The translations under genes and the position numbers were made by a program. Below, one piece after another: positions 53,001 to 64,000 of a stretch of DNA of 64,000 nucleotides. The DNA comes from Catajapyx aquilonaris (Eukaryota): contig KZ538369.1 in the NCBI GenBank assembly GCA_000934665.2, positions 1 through 64,000 on the forward strand, read 5' to 3'. Position 1 is the stretch's first letter, and the number at the start of each line of letters is the position of its first letter. Below the pieces are notes generated by a model. That model made no database searches, had not been told where the DNA came from, and worked only from the letters and a program-made list of their open reading frames with translations.

Positions 53001-54529
53001 AGAATTTTTCTCGCTCTTAATGAATTTCCTGGCAACTTGCCTCTATATGTAAATGATGGGGAACAGATTGTGTTTCATGCCTTAAAAATCCATAGCATCC
53101 ATTTACATTTAATATTGCTCCGGCTTGCTCCGATGAGAAGTAATGACCACGGATTTGAAGCTCACAAGACGCTTTTTTTTGTATGGACCGCGCATTTACA
53201 CTATTACAGAATAGTGAACCCACAATAAGTAGATTTCTCAATCTGCACGACCTTACATCAATCCCACAGAGAGGGGAAAAAAGTACCCTTGCCGGAACAA
53301 GCAGTGCGGAATTAATGCGGATTACAGCTCTAACGATCCATTCCGTATGATTAGCAGCCGAGCTCGCGGTCCGTGAAAGATTACACTGCTTTTGAATTCC
53401 CCCGCTGCCGCAGAGCGTTAAGAAAACGGTGACGGAATATCCACTTTTCTAGATGATGTTCGTCTCGAGTCTGTCCTATACTACATGGACTGCATTAAAA
53501 TGCTCGGATCAAAGACATCCTCTGAATACATTTGGGTCGGATCATACAGCTGTTACAAGTTTTTATGCATGTTCAGCAAAGCATTATTGCCTCAAGCAGT
53601 ATCAAATAGTGATCAAATAATGATAGCTCCTCTGCTTATTTACAGTTACATTATAGGCTACTGTCACAAAAATTATTTTCTACAAGATTTCCATCCAAAA
53701 GTAGCCATTAATGTGAAAAATGTAACCAGCACGCACAGTACAGCATGCGTCAATAGCAGCAGCTTAGACAAGTCTAGGAGCAGCAGCTGCCAAGGCAGCT
53801 GCAGTAAGTAAAAATACTTCTGCATGGCGCAATTGGATGGTTTTTAAAATGTGTGACATAAGCATGCTGCCTTTCTGGCCATTCAACTCTGTAATCCCAC
53901 TCTCAAAAATGACATTATCATTAAGGAAATTAATTCCTTTACGAGTGTAAAAAAGTGTCCCCATAATGCAAATCCGTGGGGGACCTCTGACCTAATCGGG
54001 GAAGCAAAATCCTGTCTATTATATCCTCTCTTCTGGTCCGACACTTTCCCAGAGACCATACCATTTTTTTCTCCCCAACCAGAGCCAACTAATGCCACGT
54101 AGAATTTCCGGAGTTAAAAAGAGATTTCCCTTGTTCCTGTACTATGCATGACACTATCCGTTCCCATAATTCAGCCGCAAATGGTGTCAGATACAACCGG
54201 ACCAGCAAGGACGTTATGCAATATTTGCTCACTTCGGCGCATATTACTGCATTATTTTAGACCCAGCTCTTTGTACAAGCTGGACATAATTAGGTAACTA
54301 TTTCCCTTCTAACCACAGCATAGTCAGTTTAGATTTGCGTCAACTGTTGTTCTATACTGTATGCCCGCAGCATTACGCAGGATGTAACATCGATTTTTCT
54401 TAATCTAAGCAAAACATTGTATCTGACAAGAATTTTTCTTGCTATTGTTGTAATGTAAATTGCACTCAAGCATTATGCGGATTGACTTACGTCCTTGTTT
54501 TTTCTGACTTTTTTTACGATATTTTATAG

Positions 54530-54651
54530 GAGAGCACCCTGCAGCCATGCAGCACGGCGGCCAGAGCACGTTGCTCACCCCTCCAAGTGCCTTGCTCTTC
54601 ACCCTCCCGTTGCTGGCCTGGAGTATCCGGAGCATCCGGACCAGCCTATAG
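54530..54651 (+). CDS. dpr8-like: Dpr-family Ig protein, terminal coding exon (linker + hydrophobic GPI-signal-like C-terminus)
   Basis: Acceptor is ctgactttttttacgatattttatAG. G + GA gives G, then EHPAAMQHGGQSTLLTPPSALLFTLPLLAWSIRSIRTSL and stop TAG (54649-54651). GEHPAAM is the typical post-Ig2 motif of Dprs, and the phase matches the upstream phase-1 donor. This frame is absent from the ORF track. Confidence 0.92.
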
Positions 54652-55975
54652 CTCGCCAACACAGCTCCGGAGCAAAGAAAAGCTCCAGCATCACTACACT
54701 CGGCGGCCATCTTTTTCCCCAAGACCAAGCGTTCAAGCTCTCCACGGCTCTCTGCCAATGTTTGCTGTATGATACGCGACATATCAAGACAGCTGAGGAT
54801 GGGATGGAGGAAGAAGAGGAAGAAGAAGATGACCAAACACTACAACTCGGCGGGATGGTGAAGAGGACAAATAAAAACTACGGGAGGTGCGTTCAACGTG
54901 GATCCTGACTCAATATTTCCCCCCCCCCNNNNNNNNNNNNNNNNNNNNNNNNNNNNNNNNNNNNNNNNNNNNNNNNNNNNNNNNNNNNNNNNNNNNNNNN
55001 NNNNNNNNNNNNNNNNNNNNNNNNNNNNNNNNNNNNNNNNNNNNNNNNNNNNNNNNAAAAAAAAAAAAAAGTGAAAAAAACTCTTGATTCGCTCTGTTGG
55101 CGGGAGAGTTATTGTCATCTGCGTTTGGGAAGTTTCGTATAATTTTACCCTCCGTTTACATACAAATTTCCACCCCTTCCCCATACCCCCACCGTTTTTC
55201 TCACAAGAAAAAAAATACAGCCCCCGGAATAAGAAAGCAGGACAAACGGCACAATAAATTAAGTAAAAGTTGCCGAGTTTGGAATCCAAGGTATTTAGAA
55301 AGTTCTGCCTCCCAAAATCCGGGGGAGGGCTTGGAAAGAAAATCGCATTGTAGTGTTCCGGGTGGGCATTCCATTTGGGTTTTTTCAGAACTCCAGGGAG
55401 GCGTTTTTTCTTATCGGTGCTTCAAGACGTGGCCAATATGCTGCTCCAATATTCTTTTTTATATTCTTTTTTTTGTTCTGTTCTACCTGTCCCCTGTGGC
55501 GTAACCTGACCAGGTGAAGTGCGCAAGAAAGAGACGTCCTTTTGCACTCCAGAGCAGGCAGAGACACTGGCCACATTTTTTTACAAGTCCCGCTGATGTA
55601 TAGTTTTACCAAGGAAGAAGAAGAAGAAGAAACATGAAAAAAACTCAAGAGAAAGGGGGGAGTTTGTCGCTTCTTGACTCTTTTTCTCCCAGACTTTTCC
55701 AAAAAAAATGGACAAATTCACAGCCTCCCTCAGTGTTGACCACTTTCAAATTGTACATTGTCACAACGGATTTTTTTTTCTTTTTTTGTGAGTCTCTTGT
55801 GTACTGTAGATGTGAGGATGAAGCCATGTTTGCACTTGGGGACGGCTACGGATTTAGACTGTGTGTGTGTGGGAGTGCAAAGTGACATGGACCAAGGAGA
55901 TGATCAGTGTTAGCATACTGTGGAAAATAAAACATTCCCCTGTATAAAAAAAATGTTCTCGTTGTTTTTTGTTCC
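54652..55975 (+). other. Probable 3' UTR of the dpr gene with candidate poly(A) signal
   Basis: Follows the stop codon and is rich in U and A runs. AATAAA at 55926-55931 has upstream TGTA motifs (55752, 55800, 55805) and a downstream GT/T-rich element TGTTCTCGTTGTTTTTTGTT (~55954-55973). Other AATAAA copies are at 54870 and 55253. The true 3' end cannot be fixed from DNA alone. Confidence 0.45.
54929..55056. other. Assembly gap (128 N) between a poly-C and a poly-A run
   Basis: Run of N flanked by homopolymers, inside the presumed 3' UTR. Confidence 0.99.
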
Positions 55976-58900
55976 ACCGCTCAATACCCAGGCAGGATTT
56001 CAACAGCACAAAAATATTGTGCAAATGCACAATTTCTAGTCTTTTTGGAATCATGCAGGATTTACGGTATACGCTCCAACTGAAATATTCGTTTCAATGC
56101 ATAATTTGTGCAAAAACATTATTGCTAATTGAAGCACCCTGCCAACAAGTTACACTTTACTTTGAATTATACATTTGCACCATATTTGAGATGTCTTGGT
56201 TAAATCACGCCGTATATTCATTTTGTTTTGAGTTTTACGAGTAATGGTTTGCATATATGTGTCGCCAAGAACATACGACCATTGAAGCCTCGTTCTTCTC
56301 TTTGTTTGTCCCGTCAACTTTACAGCCCGAAGAAAATCTGAAGAAGAAAAAAGTTCGAGAAGAACGCCGCCTGAATGTAATTTCTAAGAAATATTCAAGC
56401 TGCTCTCCACCTCCAGTATCTATGGTTCAGAGAGAGAAAAAAACGTATATGATTCATGGCATCGTTACAACCCGGTAGAGTTTACATTTATATTTCAACC
56501 TCCCACCCGTATGTTTATTAATGACCTCCCTTACATTTTTTGTCTACTTTACCATCAACATTTTATAAGCAGAGTTGAATTAGCTCTTCTCCATGCTTTC
56601 ATCTCCCATGCGCTTCCAGATGAAAGAGAATTGGAAGCCTGTCGGCATTGTTTGCTAAAAATCCTTGTCTCTCCCCCATACTTTTTTTTAAAAAATGAGT
56701 TCAAAAAAATATTATTTTGTTCCGGACCATTACAGAGTACGTTTCCAAATGAGTCGTGTCCGGCAGGGCTTCCATTCACCTTTGAGATTCCTTTTTCCCC
56801 TCCCTCTCTCTCTCTATTTCTATAGACCCAAACATTGATTCAAGTTCTCTCCCCCTCTCTCCTAGTTTTCATATATCGCGTCTAGTGCCCTTTCCCCTTT
56901 CAGTCTGCATTCCGAATTCAACGCCCTGTCCATCCTGACAGAGTTCATTATTCCCTGTCCGTCCTGCTCTCATTTCTGGCCACCAAGGAAGGTAAATGAT
57001 GTGGAGGAAAGTTGAGCCGGGGCCTTGCATATGTAACCTCCAAATGACGTGGAGGCCATGTCGGAGACCCGTGGCTGCCATTTAACCTGGATACCGCAGG
57101 ACTGTAGCAATTTTATGGCGTGATGGTCGTCGTGCTTGCTCAAACGAGAATCGCAGTCGTTACCATGCGACAGGGGCTCTTAAAAGTCGCTTCCCAATAT
57201 CGTTACACCCACCCTGCTTCTCTTTCCCCCCCATTCTCTCTAGCACGTATATGTATAAACCAGACTCTGCTGAGCTGTGTACAGGGTGGTGCACTGCCCC
57301 AGGAACGAACAGAAGTGAATCCACTTTCCAGATAAAAATTTGTGGAACAGCCTGTACACATAGCGAGATTCCAGATGAAAAAGTTCTCCCGCATAAAAAA
57401 AATCCATCGCTGCGTGTATGTGCAGATGACCGTTTTCTCACCGTATCTCAACAGATCCGAGGTGTTCATCCGTACATTCAGGCCATCACGCACATGCTTC
57501 AGTGCGAGTCGTACACGTAAATTCTTACAATGTGCGGTTATACTTTCTGGGGGGGAAATATTCATGTATTTTCTGAAGTTACTATCGGATGTTGCTTATT
57601 ATTTAAAATATATTTAGCTCCCCTTTTTTACGAAACGTTGCTTTAGCGAGTTCTGGGAATCCAATAAAAACCGTTAGTTTTATAACCTGAAAATGCCAGC
57701 TTTGCAGTTTCCGAAGCATGAGTAAAATAACATACGCCCTAAAAACGTCCGCTGCAGTTATTCTTTACCTAAAAAAACCTCAATTATTCCGAACAGCCCG
57801 CAGTAATGTTATCCTGACCCGCATTTTTTTCATTTTTTAAAAAAGTGCCTGAACTATAAAATCCATAAACCCTAGTCTTTCAAAAATGAGTGCAGGCGAT
57901 GATGTGCGCTTGGCATCACATCCAAAGCAGCGGTCACATACTGCCAGCACCGAGTGGGGCGGAACAAAACAAGATTCATAACGGATTAGGATCAGCGAAC
58001 CCTTCCACAAGCTCATTACCACCTCACTTCATGGGCATATCATCAAGCGAAGATAATCCCGTCTAATATTGTTACGATGCTTTTAAAAGCGGGACACGTG
58101 TTCGGATTGCAAACTCCCCTTGTTGTGTGAAATCTGCTTTAATCTGACCAAAGCAGGGGCGCCATGACATTTTATATCTCGTTTCACCTGCCCGACCCCA
58201 GAGGGGGCTTTGTGGGAAAATCTGCTGAAGAGATGGAAGTGATGTGCTTACCCAGAAAGAATTGGAAATGGGCCCCAGAATTGCGTTGTATTCACACACA
58301 CACAGTGAGAGAGGGAAGGGGGAAAAGAGGTAAGCAAAATCATTTACTGGAGTCTAATTCGGATCCGGTCTCTCTGGACCTAGCTCCCTCTAATCAATAT
58401 AAATCCTCTACGCTGTTTTCTGTAATCCCCATTAAGCCATTATCTACTATTCTCCAGGAAAACGTTCCTGAAAGCGGAAAATAGCACTTTCTTTGGCCAT
58501 GTATCATTGGGATCAAAGAGCTTAAAACTACTTTACTTCTAATCCGTGATTAGTGAACAAGGGAATTGTCACAGTGACTTTTAAACGCATTGCAACCAAA
58601 ATCCCCCTCCCCATCGCAACTGCTTGATGTAACAAGCACTCAATCTGGATCATATACTCCATGCACTTTCCAGCTGGGATAAACTGCCACTTCAAGGATC
58701 AAGCAATATTGCCTTTCAATATGGGCGCTCCCCCAATCAATCTGGGGGGCGTCAACAGTGTCATTATCCACTTTGTAATAAGATACCCGAGGCGTGACGT
58801 CATTCCAAAGCCACTTACAACGCGGCCCGATGATGTTGTTGACGCCCGGATGCCCTACATAAATATCGGAGCCGAGCGGTATTTTCATCTGAAGCATCAC

Positions 58901-61900
58901 AATGATGGCACCAGTCAATAAAAGTTTGCATGCACACGGGCAGAGCAAATATAAGTGACTTGAACATTCTATATTATATGCGGATCTGCACTGAGCACCT
59001 ATGGTTATCCGGCGGTGCACTAGGAGCAATCGATCCAGAGCTGCAGCTGCCACCTGCGACAGCTCCGGGAGAAAAGAACCAAAGTCTATTAGTGCGAAAA
59101 AGATAGAAAAGACGAGAGAGAGACTGAGAGAGAGTGGTGAGGGAATGGCGAAGTTGCAGAGGGAGCCAATAGCCTCCCGCGATCATTGTCCTCGACACAA
59201 AAGTCAGAATTTACTGTCTGTTCCGTCCCTCTACGTGTCGGAGCAATAATGTCGAAGAATGGTGCTGCAGTGGGAAGCAGACTGCACGGAGGGTTGCAGG
59301 TGTCAGATGCACCAGCTTGCAGGAGAATCAGGAGATGCAACTTTGTAGTCGTCGACTAATATTTTTCCTCGCATCAACGTATATGTATGATATTACCATA
59401 GTATCTACGAAGAGAATATCTTGCTGCCTCTCCCAAAACACGTCCCATGTCATCGAGGACCGGCTACAAATAATCGCTTCAGGCCCTCAAAATCAATTCA
59501 TCCCCTTTGCTGCTCTCACTGCTGGAGATTCTGGTCGCATGAACATTTCCAATTAACAGTGTTCAGCCCTGCAACAAACTCGCCACACTTTTTGCCACCG
59601 CCAAGATTTTTCCTCTCTCTCTCTCTCTCTTTCTGCACCAGACCAACACTCTCGGTGAAATACGCTGAGTTGACAGGTACAAACTCGCAGTTTTAAGTTG
59701 TATAATTATTTTTCCTGCAAGCTTTTTTTTCTGGCGCAATTTACACTTTTCAAACAAACAAAAAATCCAGCTTTGTGTGTCAGTTTTCTAAACTGGATAC
59801 AGTAAAGCCTGTGGTACACCGCTACTAAAAACTTGTGGCGGTTATTATACAATCCTTTTAGAGAATTCGTGTGGCCCTGATGTCGTTCGCTTAATTGCTG
59901 CAGCTATACAATCAGATCATATAATGCACTGTAGGTTACACTGCTAAGCAACATGGGAAGTCTGCTGTTAGCAGTAACATGGCAGTAACTCATGCGTTTA
60001 GTTATCATGAAAATATATATTTTTTTAATTTTCTATACCCCGATGGGCAGCTCATGAAATTATAGTAAATTCCTACTCCAACAGTCGGTAGAACTGGTCA
60101 GTATTCTACAACTCTGCAATCACTACATGATACTGGAATGATATAAAATGTCACTGTACAATGTGACTCCTTTTGCAACACTGTCTCAATCAATAATCCT
60201 TTTCCTCCACATACCAGTACAGTTCCTAATCCAATTCTAGACGCCCTGCATCAAGCAAGCGGCATTTCATTCCCTGTTGTTCGGCTACAAAGACGAGTTG
60301 AGTACAAAAGCCTTCTGGAGAATTACATCTCGGAGTATAAACCCGTTTATACTGTGCCGTACATTATTTATTATTTTACTTGAATAGTATGCGACTGCAC
60401 TGTAAGGCTACCTGGCAAATGCTGCCTCAACCAATGTCGGTTTATAGCGAGTGCACACTGCAATTTAATGCACACCATGGCTGTTGGAACTCTGAATTGG
60501 CTTTGACCACGCTAGTAATGAAAAGGACACGAAAAATACCATCTTTCTCCCTCTTTCAAAAGGTAATTGGGGCTGTTCCGTCGCCAAACACGAAACCAGA
60601 AAAATGTGTATTTGAGCAAAAGAATGATGATTATGTTATGTATTGTTAGGTGTTGCTTTGGCAGTCCATTTTCAATGAGGATGGGCTACAGCAACACTAC
60701 AGTACACTTTAATTGGTAACAACTGCAACTGTGTCGTTGTCTTTTTAAAGGGAAAACATCGAGAAACATTTATTGAAAAGACAGTACACTCATGGTTACA
60801 CCTGCTTCATGTTGCTCCACAAGTGCTGGCAGAATGTGCAAATGTTTTAAACACCAATGTTTCTTTACACTGCGCCCTTTTGCTTGACACATCGTTCCCC
60901 ATCGTGTGAGTTAGCCGGTGGCCAATGTAAAGAGAGCATCTCCATAATAGGGCTCGGATCAAACGGCAATGTCAGCTCGGGGTCCTTTATAATCGCCAGC
61001 ACACGAAACGATGACATGTCAACAAGTGCAGGCTTGGCTTTCTATAGCCTATATAGGCCTCCTGCTGGACTTGATGAGTCAGCAGCAACCAAAAGAGCGC
61101 TTCTTCAAAGTCCCAAAGTGCACTGTCAGTTGTTCGGAGGAGCAGTATTTCACCACGCCCTTCAAAGAATGGGAACAATTCATTGATTCCCCCCCCACTT
61201 CTAACTCCCATTCCCAGCACTTTTACAGGTAATAAACCCTGTCATAGCCGCAATCTACTTTGTTTTTCCGCCCCTACCCCCCTCTCTATCCCTCCCCTGC
61301 AAACTCACAAATGAAATTACATCTCTGAAAAGAGGTCACGAACAGAGGGGGGCTCCCTTATACTTTATGTCTCGAAAATGAGGTCCGAACCGTTTGTTAT
61401 GACTAGCATGTTAACTCCCACTTTATCAGCATGAAATCACGTTTATGTCACACACTATACTTGTAATTCTTTCCCTCGTCCGTGCTCTTTGAAGTGTATG
61501 GACGCCGGATCAAGACAGAACAAAAATGGGAGTGGATTTAGGTAGAATCTCAGCATAACAGAGACCCTGTTTTTGTTCAGATTCCAACCCTGCTTGGCCC
61601 CTTCTTAGCCTATAAAATCCAAGTCTCTGTCCGATGATAACGCTCCTCCAGTATGAATGCTGATCGCGAATTGATGGACAATATAAAGTAAGTGCCTCCA
61701 TAAATTGCACAGAGCTAGGAAATGGACTTTTATAAATCCCTCCCCACCCCTCCCCACCTCTCTTCTACCACCCCAGCCATGCCATTTTTTTTCTTCTTCT
61801 CTCGTCTCTATCCACCCTTCCTTTGAAAAAGTCGGCTAGAATTCGTTTCAAACTACTCCGGCAAAATCGTTTAGATGGGGCTCTATCTTTTCGGTCTCCT

Positions 61901-64000
61901 TTTGTTGCTGACTCTTGACAGACGGAGTAAATACGAGACATACGACTGAACTTTGTCATTGTGATTTGATTTCGAATAGTATTTACCCGAATTTATGGCA
62001 GATGAGTCCTCTACTCTGTTTTATTACCGCCGCATAAGAACATATCAAAGTCGTACAACAATGGCAGTCGTTTAAGATAAACATAGGCTAGTAATTTGGA
62101 ATATATATTATAACATTATATTACATGTTTCCTTCTCACTAAATCAAAAATTATCATGGTATGCACGAACAAAATCTTTTGAGCGGGAAGAGTAAATTGC
62201 GTTCCGCCTTACCAATCAAACTTAAATTCGAGCTCTCCCTTCCTCAGAGCAGTTTTTACGTTTGGTTTGAAGCACAAAACTTCACCCGGCCCTTTTTTTT
62301 TACTTCTTCTTCTGGCCAAGGGAAAAACTTTCAAGAAAGTCTTGATCGCACCATATTTCTCTCTCAGACATCTGAAACCGTCGCCTCAGAAGTTGTGAGA
62401 AGTTGCCTTTAATACTCATGCCTATATAGGCCCTTAAAAACGCCATGAAAAGCAACTTTGATGCCAGAATTTTTGTTACAACAAGTCAGTACAATATTTA
62501 ACACTTGTTTTTGCAACACATAATGTGCAGTAAGTCCTTGACCCATTGTGTACCGGCGAAATTCTCGTGCACCACCCTGAAAGATCCTATACTAGAAGAT
62601 AGCAGCCATGAAAATTTTACCCGCTGCGGATAAAAGTGCAGGCTATTATGCGCACATGTCTTTATCACTCCATAATGAATATTTAAGAAAGACTCCCTAG
62701 CGTCTGATCCCCATTACTAAATCATGGTCGACGCTAATGGCACTTAACCAGTTGTTTTAAGCTCTGTATCACCGGTTAATCACCAGGCTCCCAGCATTAT
62801 CATAATGAAACCTAACCCTCCCTTCCTCCCCCCCCCCCTACACTACAACACTTTGGAAAACCGCCACCAACTCTGAAGATGTCCAAGTAGGGGATCCTAC
62901 TCACCAGCCCTTATAAAACGCAAAGTCTGACACCCACTTCTTTCCAGGCCGCCATCATAGTAGTAAGAGGGTAGGATGCAGGTGACTCGTCTCCTATCCA
63001 GCAGACACCCCCTTCCCCGTATATATCGGTTATCATCACAGGCCTCCTCGGAAAATCCTCCGAATTCTCCTCAGAGGGGGCTCAGGAAAGCTCCTCTAAA
63101 TCGCCTCGGTGAAATTGGATAAATCATCCAGGCTTGTCCTTTCCTTCCAAGGGAACCCCAATGCACCAATTACACCTACCCGTCTTCTCCAGACCAGCAA
63201 GACTCTCGTCACCCTGAGACGAATTAACCCTCCTCGAGGCGTCTTGGACCACTTGACTAATTCAGACCTACCAGGTAAGTTTCGAAGAAGTAAAAATAAA
63301 CACTCTCTGCAAATTCTGGGAAGTCGAAGAAAAATACAGGGTTGTTCCTACCACGTATCAGTCTGCATCAGACGTAATAAAATTTTCTACCAGGACAAAT
63401 GCAAAAATAACAAGATGCCATGTTCATTTACTCAAAAGGAGTTGAAATGTTTGACTGCTCTTCATATATTCCACAGGTTTTTCCCCTGTAACTTATAGCA
63501 AAGGTAGCCTTCCACCTCGACTTTGTTTCATCCAGGTATGACGCAACCCAACGAACACGCTTTGCTTAATGGCGCTGCTAAAAATTCACCAGTACTGGTA
63601 CTCATGCACGACCAAATATAAAATTGTTCACTATAGGCCTACATAAACACCTAAGACGAATGATTGCTCCCAAGTATTTTTCCCTGGCATGAATAATTCA
63701 TTGGCTGGAACCGGTAGCCTGGATTGAGAGTGGTCAGCTGTGAAAGGTTTTTGGCAAGTTCCTTTTGGCATCGTCTGCTGGCTCACCCTTCATTCGGAAT
63801 GGTCGCAACCCGACAAGGATCCTCCAGGTTAGGGATGGTTGGAAGGGGCGGTTGAGGGGGGCAAGGGAGGGGGTGAAAAGTATCCAAATCCCATAATCAG
63901 TGCATGGAGACCTCCGGTCACCCGGGAGGACGCCCCTTATTCGGCCTGCTGAATATCATCGGACTTTCTGAGAGAGAGAGGAGGGAGAGGAGGGATGGAG

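Noticed and set aside
17618..54529. Dscam-style duplicated, mutually exclusive Ig exons in the long introns
   Set aside because: No second copy of any Dpr exon motif was seen in the ORF track or by eye.
54405..54836. 143-aa minus-strand ORF overlapping the terminal exon
   Set aside because: Antisense shadow of a stop-poor exon/UTR region, with no recognisable homology.
61201..61236. CTAAC...ttttacAG|GTAATA ratchet-like motif
   Set aside because: It lies beyond the stop codon and likely poly(A) site, has an intervening AG, and the donor is only moderate.
1..64000. tRNA, rRNA, CRISPR array, intact transposase/RT or prokaryotic operon
   Set aside because: No such signatures seen. The window has spliceosomal gene structure and no long coding ORFs.

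Overview
Eukaryotic, gene-poor genomic DNA, most likely arthropod. The window holds one recognisable gene on the + strand: the 3' part of a Dpr-family (defective proboscis extension response) two-Ig-domain cell-surface protein, most similar by recall to Drosophila dpr8. Four coding exons (17407-17617, 29080-29207, 37886-38054, 54530-54651) have GT-AG boundaries and matching phases. They join into one 630-nt frame (209 aa + stop) covering most of Ig1, all of Ig2 and a hydrophobic, GPI-signal-like C-terminus. The introns are 11.5, 8.7 and 16.5 kb. The signal-peptide and first Ig1 exons were not found and probably lie upstream of the window. Nearly all other ORF-track entries look like chance ORFs. 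Other features are a small hAT-type MITE, microsatellites, short tandem duplications and a 128-N gap. The most interesting signals concern RNA processing of the dpr transcript: a candidate microexon just before the Ig1 exon, a candidate recursive-splicing ratchet point, decoy or alternative acceptors, and a UAG-C stop followed by 69 open codons. All of these are inferred from motifs and need RNA data. I found no evidence of a wholly new multi-gene system.
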